Below, piece by piece: positions 1 through 13,580 of a DNA stretch of 64,000 bases. The stretch is taken from positions 744,001 to 808,000 of the forward strand of contig NW_026782137.1 of the NCBI RefSeq assembly GCF_031769215.1, written 5' to 3'. The notes under the pieces are model-generated. The model did no database searches. It was not told the DNA's origin and saw nothing but the letters and a program-made list of their open reading frames with translations. Each line of letters begins with the position of its first letter. The stretch's first letter is position 1. Source of the DNA: Ylistrum balloti (taxonomy: Eukaryota). Both the position numbers and the translations under genes were made by a program.

Positions 1-250
1 ACCCGCTTGCAAGGCCCTAGATAATGATAATGGGCCTGAAGCATGTTTGGATAAAGGGTTTCAAAGTTTATTGAAAGGAATAATCTTGGCCCACTTTTAC
101 TGTCACAATCTTTAAATATATCTCAATAACCAAGAGGCCAAGGTTTATGACAAAGAGCCAGTAGAATTCTGAGATGAAAGGCTACCATGTTTGTTCATAT
201 GAATTACCTTGACTGACTTTTAAGGTCACACACTCAGATGACTTAGGAAC
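1..250. mobile_element. Fragment of non-autonomous Helentron/HINE-like interspersed repeat
   Basis: Shares motifs (GAAGCAT.TTTGG, CAAGAGGCC, TTTTAAGGTCAC) with the repeats at 9550-10440, 15490-16140 and 41100-41400. The family assignment is from recalled bivalve repeat motifs. Confidence 0.4.
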
Positions 251-575
251 TTTAAACTTCTCCTCAGTAACCAAAATACAGTGGGTCATGGTATTTGTGT
301 AGTAACATTCTTGGGGAATGGACTTTTATCTTACATGCAGAATATGACTTCGGAACAATCAAAGTAGTCTTTGTAAGTTGCAGAACAGATGAATCATTTT
401 GACCCATAAGGACACTTATTGTCTTGAAAGATTGACCATGTACTCAGGTTTTGGCAAAGAAGCATATCTTATCCTTCAGAAAATTTTCAATACAGATGAT
501 GGATGATTTCAATAAAGAAAACACTGATTATCACATGCTACTGATGATAAAACTAAATATTTTGCTGATTAATAG

Positions 576-3500
576 ATGCTACTGATGATGAGAATGCTAA
601 AAATGTATCCCCTGCCATCTTTGCCGCAGAAACTCAAGCATTTACTGATGAAGGGTAAGTGTGATGATGTTTTCATGGAAGTGAAATAGATCAGATATTT
701 TAGACATTATTATTCCTCAAGAATATAAAGATTTGTTTCTAAGAGACATCCTTAAAAGTTTGAAATTGTTAGCCTTTACATCACTGACCACTTGTTCACT
801 TACTGACCACTTATATAGAAGTTAAGTGAGAATCTAACCTCTTTCTAATAATATACTGTCTGTTGTAATTATAATGATGTATGTTCTGTAGCGATGTCCA
901 GAAGGTTGCAGATGATCAAAAACCTGTGAAGACCTTTGTTGCAGACAGTGAAGAGGACAGCAATGAGGTAAGCAAGAGCTGCTCAATGTCAAACTTTATA
1001 TAGGAATCCTTACTCGTTAGGACTGTAAAACATTTTTGTATAATTAGTGAATATACACAGGTATGAAACAGTCATGTGCAGAAGAGTTATTGTGATTGGA
1101 AAAGTAAAAAGTATTTATGTTATTATAAACTTAGCATTGTGATCAGCCCTAGGAATTAGGACCAGTCTTAAATGTTCATAAAACATCCATTTGAAGATGT
1201 AGGTTACCATGATAAAGTTATGCCATGGCACTCATGCTTTATCAAAAGAAAACACAAATGAAGCCTCAGTTCTTGATTTAAAGATTTATTCTCCATTTGC
1301 ACTATATTGAATTAATTGGATGTGTTAAGTAAATACAATATTTACTTGTTTGATCAGTTGTGCTGAAAAAGAAACTCATTAATGATATATACATGATAGA
1401 CTGAAATCTTACTCTTTATTTGCTGTTGTTATGTATCATAAGGCCAGCATGGAATTCCATAGTGTTAACTGTTTTTTAAATTTCAGTCACAGCTCAATAC
1501 AACACTTAAAATTTGTTTTCATCAGACCTTGCATGCTTTCTTTTAATGACAGGAGAATTTGAAAGAGTCTATGATAGATGATGAGACTGAGGGAGAAGAC
1601 GAAAACATAGATGTTAGTCATATCTTTGCTGCATCGACCCTGGCCTGTGACATGGCAGACACAGAGGAGGAAGAAGAAAATGGTGAGGTCAAGGAGGCCC
1701 CACAGGCATTTACAGATGTGGCAGATGGTGATGACGATGTTGCAACACAGATGGTGAATGAAGATGCTACCCAACTGGTAGTGGCCACCAAGGTCATTGA
1801 AGACCGGGATGAGGAGGCTACTCAAGTTGTTGAGGAGGAGGGGAAATCAGAAAACACTGCTACGCAATGTCTTCAGGATGCAACAGTGGCTGTTGTCACA
1901 GATGATCCAACTGTGGCAGTAGCTGAAGGTGCCACTGTGGCAGTTACTGAGGATGCAACTGTGGCTCTTCCAGAAGAGGAAACTATGGTAATAGAAGAAA
2001 CAGAGAGATTTTCTCTCAAGAAGGATGATGCACTGTCAGTTACAGATTCCACAACGAAAGTTACAGAAAATGCTACAGTAGCAGTTAGAGAAGATGCCAC
2101 AATGGCTGTCACTGAAGATGCCACAATGGCTGTCACAGAAGATGCCACAATGGCTGTCACAGAAGAGGCTACTATGGCTGTCACAGAAGAAGCAACAGTG
2201 GCTGTCACAGAAGAGGCCACAATGGCTGTCACAGAAGAGGCTACTATGGCTGTCACAGAAGAAGCAACAGTGGCTGTCACAGAAGAGGCCACAATGGTTG
2301 TCACAGAAGAGGAGGTCACAGTGGCTGTCACAGAAGATGCCACAATGGCTATCACAGAAGAAGCCACAGTTGCTGTCACAGACCAAGCCACAATGGCTAT
2401 CCCAGAAGAGGCCACTCTTGCTTTTGAAGCAACAGTAGGTGTTACTGATGATACAACTGCAGTAAACCAAGAAGGAGACACTCAGGGTATAGATGATGCC
2501 ACAGATGTAGAGAATGATGCCACACAAGTTATAGAAGATGGGATTGATGATGAAGAAAAAAGTAGAGGAAGACCAGGCAGCAAAAGTAACACAAAGAAAG
2601 TTATTGCAGAGGATGTCACTCAAGATATGGATGATGTAACATCAGGTGAGGATGAGGCCACACAAGTTGTAGAGGATATTAATTTACCAGAACATATGCC
2701 AGATGGAAAAAAGGTCAGGGGAAGCAGCAGAAAAAGAAAAGGTGTTAAGGTGACTGAGATAGACACCAGTAACATTGTAAATGACAATGCTGCTGAAGAT
2801 GAAGCCACGCAAGTTATTGATGATGCTTGTGTTGAATCTGAAATTCAGCAAAAAGTTTCCCTTAAATCCAAAGCAGCTGTAGGTCAAAGAAGAAAAAGTA
2901 AAGCAAAAAAGGCAGAAGAGAAGGTTACACAGGTTATAGAGGATGCTGAAATAGGTGATGACCAAGCCACACAGGTTATTGAGGACATGTCAGATAACAC
3001 TGTTAAGAAATCTACAGAAAAGGTCAAGGGTCAGAGGGGACGTCCAAGGAGAAGAGGTATGGGAAAGAAGGCCACTGATGAGGGCGCAGCGCAAGTAGCT
3101 GAGGGTAATCTAGGAGAGACCACAGAGGAACCATATGTATCTGGTGGGGAAGAAGCAACACAAGTGTATAGTATGGAAGTAGATGAGGAGGATTTGGACC
3201 AACCCCAAGTCAGTGGACAAGCAAAGTCTGCATCCCCCAGGCGTGGAAAAGACAAAGTAAAGAAGGACCTTATCAACTTACCAGCACTTAAACCAAGTGA
3301 AGAGGGTAAGATCCAAAAGTATATCAGTAATTGTAGGGCAGGGATAGTTCTTTTGGTAGAGCATTGACCTACATAACTTCGGGTGAAGATCAGAGGTGTG
3401 TAGTTAGCCCCTACCCATGGTGGTTTGTGTTTCTAAGGAATATAATAATGGACTGCTCCATGTTGTTGTTGTTGTTATCCTTCTGCATGACATTTTACCC

Positions 3501-6500
3501 TAATTGCTGTGTATGACATGCAACAAGTCTTCCATATGTTGTTCATTGAGTTAGCCACTAGACACTACAAGGAGACCCAGGTTGTTAACATGGTGATACA
3601 CATAGAAGGAAACTGTCAATTATATATGAAAATATTATACTTTTTATATTGCTTTGAGAATGTAGTGTTTAAAGTATGGAAGAAAAAAAGGATTTTAAAG
3701 CCATCGTTATTTATGCAATTTCAAAAGTAAAAAATATGATTTGTTTATCTTAATGATTACTCTCAGATTTAGTTACATCTGATTTTCAAATATTTGAGAT
3801 GAAATATGCTATGTTATGTCAATTGTAATTTAGTTTTGCCTTGCAGAAACTGAGGCAGCCACACAGAGATATGGAGGAGAAGTTGATGAGGAGGACACCC
3901 CACCACTTAGTGAGGAGGTCAGTTTATTACATCCTTTCAATATACTATATTGTCCTGCTATAAACAAAGAAGGCTAAAATATTTCTGACACAAAGTGAGG
4001 CAGTTAGCTTGTAACAGGATAAGGAAATGATAGAATTACTGCAGAACTACAACAGGTAGCAATGAGCTTATCATCAGTCATGTTTTTATTTCCAGATAAG
4101 AACAGTTATTCTATGACAGCTTGAGAAATTGAAAATTATAATACAACAGTGTTGAAGTCTAGCTGATTTGGTATATTTACTGTAAATATTTCAGTTTGCA
4201 AAATTAAATTTTAGTGCATTTTTATTTCTGTGACAAGTAATTGCCTTGGTGAATTTACACATCCACAATCATTGCTACATAAACAACTCACAAAAACTGT
4301 TATCTCTCTATAAAAACCTAAATTAAGAAGGTACCGTGGGATCTGGGTTTCTGTCAGTAAAACTCCTTACTCTGTCAACTGATCAGTACCTGAAATTTTA
4401 GGTAGTAATGCTTACTGATTTGACAATGTTATTGTTGAAAGTTATATTCCTGATACAAATCAATTTTCCATGTCTTTGTCGCCAACGTGATTATTGATGA
4501 AGTTTTTAAACTGAGAATGAAAACTTCTGGAGTTGACTGTATATTTTGTTGTATTCTTTCTAAAGGTTGTCCAAGATAGTGATGAAATCTTGGGGAAAAG
4601 TCCAATCATACCACTCCCTCAAACCTCGCCTCACAAGTCTGCTCTCTCTAATCCAGAGAAACGCCAAAAAAGCCCATCTCCAAAGAGGGTAAAATTTGCT
4701 GTTGAGGTAAGTTTTAAGTGCCTATTTGAAAGGGTTAGCTTTAAATAATACATACCAGGAATTTGAATAAATTTGCTGGAAAGCACTATACAGTGACTAT
4801 CATCTTTTTGGGATGTATAAAAATAATAGATCATAGACATAGTGCATCATTTGAACTTATCAATTTTACCCATTATCATTTCTAAGGAATGATTGATGTT
4901 TCAGTGACCGATAAATGAAACGTCAGATTAATTATGGATGTGGCATTGTTTTATTGTTCAAAATGGCATTAAGGTTTGTGTTGCAAGCATTCATATTTAT
5001 AAATTGCTAGATAAGGTAATACTACAGTATCAGTTGAATATTTTGAATGTATTTATGCCACTTATTTCAGAGCCAGTCTTCAGAATCAACTAATGGTGAT
5101 GATGATGTGAAAGCAGAGTCATCTACTGGAAACACAGCTACAAGGTCAAAACTTGCAACTGCAGAGGTAAAAGTAAAGAAAAATGTGACAAAAGGTCGAA
5201 AGTCATTACCTGCAATTTCTGTTGAAGAAAAAAAAGAAATTACTAGCAGAAAACCCAGAGGTCGAAGGTCACTTCCGGTCTCCGATTTAGATCATGTTGC
5301 ACTTGAAAAAGATGAAAAGAAAGAAGTGACTGAAATGGAGGGTGTTGAAGGATTTGGAAAGAAAGAACCAGAAGTGGAAGTAGAGACAACCACAGTAAGA
5401 AAAAGGGGTGGGAGAAGATCAGCTGGGGTCAAAGTGATTGAAGAACCAAAAATTGAAGATACAAATACAGAAAGAAAATCAACATCGTCTGAAAATGTAA
5501 AACAAAAAGAGGGAAGTAATGTGAATGGAAAAAGAGATGCAAGAAGAGGTAGAAGTTTAACAAAGGATTCAGAAAAAGTTGAGGATACCATTCTCAAAAC
5601 AGTTGACAAGAGTGATAAGGAGGTCGAACAATTGCCTGTAGAAAATAGTAGTAAAGGGTCTAAGGTTGAAACCTCTGTTGAAGAGGTCAAAGCAAGAGGT
5701 AGAGGTAAAAGGTCAGTCCAGGCTGGAGGGAGTGGAGACCCCAGTGTAGTAGTGGAAAAAGACAAGACTAAGATTGTTAGGATAGGTCGAAGGTCACTTC
5801 CTGCCTCAGACTTAGATCATGATGCACTTGAAAAGGACGAAAAGAAAGAAATGACTGAAATGGAGGATGGTGAAGGATTTGGAAAGAAAGAGCCAGAAAT
5901 GGAAGTAGAGACAACCATAGTAAGAAAAAGGGGTGGGAGAAGGTCAGTTGGGGTCAAAGTGACCAAAGAACCAAAAATTGAGGATATAAATACAGAAAGA
6001 AAATCAACATTGTCTGAAAATGTAAAACAAAAAGAGGAAAGTAATGTGAATGGAAAAAGAGATGCAAGAAGAGGTAGGAGTTTAACAAAGGATTCAGAAA
6101 AAGTTGAGGATACCATTCTCAAAACAGTTGACAAGAGTGATAAGGAGGTCGAACAATTGCCTGTAGAAAATAGTAGTAAAGGGTCTAAGGTTGAAACCTC
6201 TGTGGAAGAGGTCAAAGCAAGAGGTAGAGGTAAAAGGTCAGTCCAGCCTGGAGGGAGTGGAGACTCCAGTGTAGTAGTGGAAAAAGACAAGACTAAGCTT
6301 GTTAGGATAGGTGGTAGAAGAAAGGTAGAAGAGGCAGTGGAAACTGCTAGCACTGAATCTACTCCTGATAATCCAGTACACACTGAAGAATCTCCCTCAG
6401 TCGAAGAGGGGGAAGTAAAAGGAAGGAGTTCTAAAGGACGGAAATCCAAACTGGCTACTTCTGAAATAAAATTTACAGAAGAAGATAAAGAAGAATGTGA

Positions 6501-9500
6501 GCCAGCAGAGGAAGTGATAGAAAAAGGAAAGAAAATGTCTAGAGGACGGCAATCAAAACAACTTTCTGAAAAGGAGGCAACAGAGAAGGAAGCTGCTGAA
6601 GATAAAATTGTTCTTTCTGGAGGACGGGGTAAAAGATCCAAGTCAAAACTAGTAGAAGAGGAGGATTCAGCTGTAGTAGAAGGAGAAAAAATTGAGAAAG
6701 ATATTCATACTTCAAAACAAGAGAGTAAGAAAGATAAGGAAGTGAAGGACTCTAGTGAAGAAATAGTATCTAGAGGAGGAAGAAGATCCAAACAGGTCGC
6801 CAATAATTCTGACAAAGTAGAACTTGTCAAGGAGGAAACTAGTAAGACTGTAGATGAGGTTATTACTGAGCAGGAGGACAAAGAAGAAGAAAAGAAAGGA
6901 AGGAGGACTGGAAGAGGAAGGATACTGGGAAGAAATTCTAAACTGGCACTAGAGGACAAGGAGGAAGTTATTGTAAAAGAAATGACTGAGGTCAATGAGC
7001 CTCCAAAATCAAGGCGAGGGGGTAGAGGGAAAAAAGTGATAGATTCCTCGCAGGATTCTGTGGAGAGTGAGGAAATTTCAACTACAGATTTGGCCAATAT
7101 GAGTGGCATCTCTGAAAGAAAACCTCGTGGTAAGCAGAGTGTAGAAGTGATGAGTGTGGACAGTAAAGTTGAGAGTCGGACTAGTAGAGGAAAGGCTAAA
7201 CAAAAAGGAGACAGTGTGTCGGTGAATAGTGAAGAAATGGAGGAATCAGAAAGTGAGGTCTCTACCTCCAGAAAGACTAAACCTAGAGGTGCAAATAAAA
7301 CTAAGGACATTGGTGTTTCTGATGATAAAGATTCTAAAGACGAACCTACTGATAAGGAAAGTAAAGTTGAGCAAAGTAAAGGCAGGAATAAGGGTAGAGG
7401 TAAAGTGTCAAATTTGAAAGAGGATGTGAATATAACAAAATGTAGTGAGGAAAATGACTTAAGTGAAGGTAGGAGAGGCAGAGGAAGGAAAACAGCTGAC
7501 ACATCTGTAAGTGTGACACATCAGGAAGATCCAGGTGGAAGTTGTAAAGGAAAGACAGCATCTCGAGGTAAACGAGGACACAGTCAGGACCAGGTACATT
7601 TGCATTTTATATCATTTATGTTGAAAAGCTAAAGGTAGTCAGATCAGGTTTGCCAAATTCATTCAAGAATTCATCAAAGGTGAAATTTCATCAGAGTTGA
7701 GTCAAATAAATCACATATATATCATTTAACCAATATCATTTCATACAAAAAGGTATTCTATATAAATGAAAGCAGTAATTCTATGCTTACATGGTAAAGG
7801 CAGTGTGGTTAGACACATCACAGTTATAACAGTATTGTGTGTTTATTCATAAATCAGGGCTGTTAGAATGAAATCCTAGATAATTTGGGCTACTTGTTGT
7901 TATAAGGACTTCGTTTATTGCTCTATAACATGTGTGATGGATTTACTTCTTGAGAGCAGTCCTTTTTTAACAAAATTTACTTTTATGAAATGTTTGTAAC
8001 TTGTCAGGATGCAGTTGAGTCACCAGCCAAGAAGACAAAGGATAAAGTTACTCCAGGCACACCTGTCCAGTCTAAAACAGATGTTTTATCTGTGGACTCA
8101 CCATCTCTGAGAAGAAAGTCCATGGACCCTAAGCCACGTGTGATGTTCACAGGGATGGTAGACGAACAAGGCCAGAAGGTATATGATATAGAAAAGATTA
8201 ATCTGTAGGTATCTGTCGTCTAGTTCAAATGACATAGTTAAAAACAAAAAAATTATCAGAAGTTTGTATACTTTGTATGTGCCTAAGTTGTAAATAAAAC
8301 AACAACACAGCAATTACTTTTATAGTGTCTGTTTCCTGGCCAGCCATATTTATGCCTGATATGTAACTATACATGTGTACATCAATATTTTATCTGTTAC
8401 AGACTGTGAAGGATCTTGGTGGAGAAATGGTGACTTCTGTCCGAGACTGTACTCATCTAGTCACTGACAAGGTAAAAATAAAAAACAACAAAAAGCACAC
8501 ATTTGAAAATCACTGTGCTAATTTATTTAAATCCTGCTCAGAAGATACATGATACTTGATGAAAAAAAATCATAAAAAAATCTTCCTACCAAAAAAATCA
8601 CAAGGGGTCAAGTTCATAGAAAGTGATGTTAAACTTCTGCCATTCTGAAACAGATAATACAAGATGATTCAACAGGGCCTTATGGATTAGAAATAAGGTC
8701 AATTATTGAATTACCTAAACACATGAGGTATTCATGATTGAATGACGTGTCCCACTTCATCCCCTACCAAAAGTTAAATCGGAACGCTTGGCCAGACTAT
8801 AGGTATCTCCTGCGATAGTTGTAGTGATTTTTTTACCCTTTAAATAGACCTCTAGTGCTGGAACTTTCTTATATTGTAACTTACAGGTATAGACCACATT
8901 TCTATGTGCACACTTATATACATCTACACATTCTTTAGCTGTCGAGGTCTGTCAGAATGTATTAGATCTACGTGAAATACTCTTTTTGCTTGATGATGTT
9001 GTACAAATGAAGTACTTAAATTCTCTTTCACTTTACATACAAGAAGTATGCAAAATCTAGCTCTTTCATTCCTCCACACAGGTGCGACGAACAGTCAAAC
9101 TGCTGTGCTGTCTTTCTCGAGGCATTCCTATTGTCCAGCCAACCTGGCTCAGCAGCAGTAAACAAACTGGTACATTTATACAGGGTAAGTAGTATGACAG
9201 ATTAGTCATTGGTTCCAGTTCTGTAAGACTTCTGCATCATTTTAAAAGGAAAATTACCATTAAAATGTCAACCTGGTTATAGATAGGATGCCTAAAAATG
9301 TTTCTATTCATCGTTTTTCTATCAATCAAGAAATCTGTCATTGATACCGCAATCAGAGTTAACTGTCAGGATTTGATAGATCCTTTTATCGGAATGAAGG
9401 CAATGTGCCTCATAAAGAAGAGTAAAAGTGATTATTTACCCGCAGCCCGAAATGGCATATTTAGGTTTTTTCTTGACACTGATTTTGCAATCAGGCATTG

Positions 9501-12341
9501 TCCGTTGTCATGTGCCATGTGCCATCTGCTGTCAGCCTCCATAAACTTCCCCTTTTAAACACTAGTCATGCTTAATAACTCAATGGATTTCAACCAAATT
9601 TGGTCTGAAACATTGGGGGGATCATATCTTAACTTCAGAAAGTTGATTTGACCCCTAGGGACCTTGAAATGGGGCCCCAAAAGGGTAGTTAGACAATACT
9701 TTGCTTCAAAACGCTTCTCTTCCTTAAATCAGTAGATATTGTCATATTTACTTCTTAGATTTAGAAAGTTTGTTTGACCACAAGGGACTCACAGGTTCAA
9801 AATGCCACTCTTTCTTAATGCTTGGATGGATTTCAACCAAATTTGGTCTGAGATATCATTTATAGTGGGAAATCGTTTCTTAAATTCAGAAAGTTGATTC
9901 AACCTGAAAGGACTTGGGGGTGGGGCCTCAGAAGAGAAAGTTAGACAATATTTGCTTCAAAACACTTCTCCTTCATAATACCAAGGTAGATTTCAATCAT
10001 ATTTGGCCTGAATCTTTATTAGGGAGAAGCAATGATGTCAAACTTGCATGAAGTGATCCTAAGATTGTCTTGACCAAATCTTTGGTCCAAAATCCAACAT
10101 AACTCACCAAGAGTAAATAGTCAGAACTACTTCTCAAGTTTCATTCACACCAATGAGAAAAATATTTGGAGTTTGATTTGTTACAGAAAAGAAAGAGATG
10201 ATGATTTGTTCTTATTTTTCGGCCTGATCAAAACTTCAACATGGCAACCACAGTAGCCATTTTCTGACATAATTGTGCTACATTTTTTCATGAACAAAAT
10301 CTACCATTTCTGAGTTTCTGATACATTCAAGGAATGTTCAATATCTGAATCCATCAGATTTTTCAGACCACCATCAGTGATTTCTGTGGTTTGTCCATCC
10401 ATTCGTCAATTGTTAGATGACCGTTGAGGGTGACTCTCTTGCCTCCCTTTCTTTCCATTTCCTGAATGTTGATAGATTGTATATGTATTATATAACAAAT
10501 CCTTTCAATAAGCAAATGTGATTGCAGCTGACATGTTGACAAGATGTATTCAATGAAACTCTTTAGTAATAGTGTGTGCTATCTTACCTCTAGATGTGAC
10601 GCCCTACCTAGTGAAGGACACAGCTGCAGAGAAACAGTATAAGTTTTCTCTCCAGCGATCCATTGAACGAGCTAGTCAAGCCAGCGTGCTGCTTGATTAT
10701 CGCATTCATGTAACAAAGTCCACACGTCCTGATCCCTCACAGATGAAAGGTCAGTCTCTCAGTCACTTGTTATCATATTGTGTGGTAAAAGAGAATAGTG
10801 GATTGTAATTAAGTTTAAGTTGTAATTTTTTTGTGAATCTTAAGTTGGAACAGTTTAGTATTACATTTTATATTTCACTTTAAAATGGAGAATTCTAAAT
10901 TTATCTTTGCCCAATATGTGCACTATTAACATGGTATACTTTTGTGATGAAAATTGAAAAACCCAAAAGAAAAAACAAAAGAATTTTCTCTTTGTTGAAA
11001 TTTTGCCATTGATATCCAAGATGTGCTACTTTAAAAATAGGACAGAAAAAATGTTCACAATGTGAATGAAAAATAAGAGAAATGTTTCAAGAGATCACTT
11101 TATGTACTGGGTATTACAGAATTGTCTTGAATCTGTGTAATATTATGATAAAAGATTGATATCCTCATCGGACAATTTGGTTATGAAATTCCAACACCTA
11201 TGTGGTTTTATCAATAACTTACATTCCACTCATTGAATTTTGTTTCTCATTTCAGATATTCTAGAATGTGCTGGAGCTCAGGTAAGTGATAAAAACTTAA
11301 ATGGACTTATGATTTATGCATTATCTACATTTTAGTCAGGTGTTAAAGAGATGAATTGAAGGTGTTTATAGGGGGGAAAAAACTTTCTTTAATGGGTGAA
11401 TTTCTCATCTCCTTGAATTGCATTTTAAACTTGAATATTAGGTAATCATTTTTCTATGGTGTGTGATCAAGAATTGTTAAAGAAAAATATTGTGCATCGG
11501 ACCTGATCTTCATTGTCATGTTCTTTTGTAATATTGATGTGTGACATTTTACATCTTTGTAGTACCTTGAAAATATGCCAAGCAAGTCGGTGGAACGGAC
11601 AGTGGTTGTATCCTGTGAAGAGGACCATAAACTTTGTCAGGATGCACTGAAGGCTAACATTCCAGTGGTGAATGCAGAGTTTGTTTTGACTGGAATCTTA
11701 CAACAGGAAGCGAACCCCAGCAAATATCCTTTGTATAAAACCACTAGTATTAGAATAACTTGTGATTAACATTTCATTTGTCTTTGCTGAAATTAAATTT
11801 GTTTGTTTACTGGGTTGATTGCCTATGAAAAGTCAGTCATTATGGGACAGGGTACCTTTGAAGAAGCTGTTGGCTATATCACTGAATATCATGTGGGAGG
11901 TGCTCCACATTCTATCCTAAACAATTGGTATAGGATATCATGCAGGAGGACACAACCAACACAGCATAGGATTTTTTATATGACATAGAAACTACCCGAG
12001 GTTGGATTAACAAACATACTCCTTAGGTTGCATTAGTCTACTGCTCTCTCGACTATCGCACAACCCCGTAAAATTTCTCTCAAGATGTATTTAATATTGT
12101 TTTACTGGTATCTGATACTCAGCAAATGCATGTTTAGTTTTGGATATGATATTCCAAAAATAAAATCTTATGTGACTTGATATAGAAATGAATTCTATAA
12201 TAATCTCTACACATGAAACCTGATTATGGATGCTATTTGTTGTGGTCCTTAACTTTTTGAACTTTCCAGATATTTAATAATTCTAAGAAGAGGTCGGCAG
12301 AAAGCAGTGCTGAGGGACCATTTAAACGAAGGCGTCGGTAG
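576..12341 (+). CDS. MDC1: MDC1-like mediator of DNA damage checkpoint protein (5'-partial; acidic TQ-rich region, basic RGR-rich region, C-terminal tandem BRCT)
   Basis: Phase-consistent exons: 576-654, 892-967, 1553-3305, 3847-3917, 4566-4706, 5071-7593, 8008-8178, 8403-8471, 9082-9184, 10594-10749, 11256-11281, 11563-11723, 12263-12341. The spliced C-terminus reads KPRVMFTGMVDEQGQKTVKDLGGEMVTSVRDCTHLVTDKVRRTVKLLCCLSRGIPIVQPTWL...VNAEFVLTGILQQEANPSNFQIF, matching the MDC1 tandem BRCT pattern (human ends LTGVLKQEAKPEAFVLS). A TQAF motif is in exon 576-654. The N-terminal FHA would lie upstream of the window. Confidence 0.85.
2080..2430 (+). repeat. Coding 24-bp minisatellite encoding (A/V)VTE(E/D)AT(M/V) octapeptides
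   Basis: Repeated GCCACAATGGCTGTCACAGAAGA(G/T) units, seen in ORF 1559-3367. Confidence 0.9.
3335..3440 (+). mobile_element. Truncated tRNA-derived SINE head (related to 20818-21090)
   Basis: A-box-like TAGTTCTTTTGGTAGAGCATTGAC, then GGTGAAGAT...GTAGTT...CTACCCATGG.GG.TTGTGTTTCT.AGG, which aligns by eye with 20870-20922. Confidence 0.6.
5260..6309 (+). repeat. In-frame 525-bp (175-aa) tandem duplication inside the large MDC1 exon
   Basis: GGTCGAAGGTCACTTCC starts at both 5260 and 5785. The protein repeats GRRSLP.SDLDH.ALEKDEKKE...VVVEKDKTK.VRI twice at high identity. Confidence 0.95.
9550..10440 (+). mobile_element. Helentron/HINE-like non-autonomous repeat with internal ~240-bp duplicated subunit
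   Basis: TGGATTTCAACCAAATTTGGTCTGA...TCAGAAAGTTGATT...AGTTAGACAATA.TTTGCTTCAAAAC occurs twice (~9585 and ~9825). The same core is at 15770 (GGATTTTACCCAAATTTGGTCTGAAGCATT). Confidence 0.55.
11724..12262 (+). other. U12-type (minor spliceosome) AT-AC intron, last intron of MDC1-like gene
   Basis: 5' end ATATCCTTT (11724), branch box TCCTTAAC (12246-12253), 3' end AC (12261-12262). The phase-2 join gives ...PSNFQIFNNSKKRSAESSAEGPFKRRRR-stop. Confidence 0.85.
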
Positions 12342-12989
12342 TACATGTGTGAAGACTCGGTGGAGTGTGGGAGTCCGTAGTGCTCGTGTCGAACATTCAA
12401 TGTAATCTAGATGTCTGTAGTACACGCATGGACACCCAATTTAGCATAGGAGTCTGTTGTATACAAAGTGGTCACATGATTTAATGTGTATGTCCATAGT
12501 ACACATGCACTTGAAATTCAGTGGACATTAGTGCAGCAGTGTTTGCTATTTAATGGCAGCATATAGACTTGAATATGAGCTATCAGAAAGCAGTGCCAAG
12601 AAGCCAACTCAATGTAGAAATTGGTTGGATTGGACATCTGTCCAGCAACATGGTCTTGTGCTAGCATGCTCACTCCAATACTGACTTAGATGTGAATTAG
12701 TAGCAGCACAGGTTCAGGTTAAACTGGTTCACTAATATATCAGGATTTTAGTTGCAATGTAAAAAACAGCTCATTGTGATACTTTGGAATACTGACATCA
12801 TTTGCAGCTAGGTGTGATGAAACCTGTGAATTATCATTGAATTGATATGTCATTTTTTAACAATCCTGTTCAGGGTCCTGAGTTATGATGTTAACATTTA
12901 CTATAGTCCTTGATAATTTAAGTTTTATGTGATGGGGAGTCATTGATTCAGTCCCATGAGTAAAGAATTGCTTTCCATCAGCCTCTATC

Positions 12990-13580
12990 AGTAATACTTT
13001 CCCAGTGTCAGCCATTATCAGTAATATTTTTCTACTATCAGCCCCATCAGTAATACTTTCCCTCTATCAGCCCCCATCAGTAATACTTTCCCTCTATCAG
13101 CCCCATCAGTAATACATTCCCTCTATCAGCCCCCATCAGTAATATTTTCCCTCTATCAGCCTTCATCAGTAATACTTTTCTACTATCAGCCCCATCAGTA
13201 ATACTTTCCTTCTATCAGCCCCCATCAGTAATACTTTCCCTCTATCAGCCCCCATCAGTAATACTTTCCCTCTATCAGCCCACATCAGTAATACTTTCCC
13301 TCAATCAGCCCCCATCAGCAATACTTTCCCTCTATCAGCCCACATCAGTAATACTTTCCCTCTGTCAGCCCCCATCAGTAATACTTTCCCTCTATCAGCC
13401 CCCATCAGTAATACTTTCCCTCTATCAGCCCCCATCAGTAATACTTTCCCTCAATCAGCCCCCATCAGTAATACTTTCCCTCTATCAGCCTCCATCAGTA
13501 ATACTTTCCCTCTATCAGCCATCATCTGTAGTACTTTTCTACTATCAGCCATCATCAGTAACTTTCTGTCTATCAGCCAC
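12990..13580. repeat. 30-bp minisatellite (ATCAGTAATACTTTCCCTCTATCAGCCCCC)n, ~19 copies
   Basis: Directly visible tandem units downstream of the MDC1 stop codon. Confidence 0.95.

Noticed and set aside
1873-7502. Long minus-strand ORFs (e.g. 1873-2481, 5817-6641, 6705-7502)
   Set aside because: They are antisense shadows of the low-complexity Glu/Lys-rich MDC1 exons, with Ser/Leu/Thr-rich translations and no domain signal.
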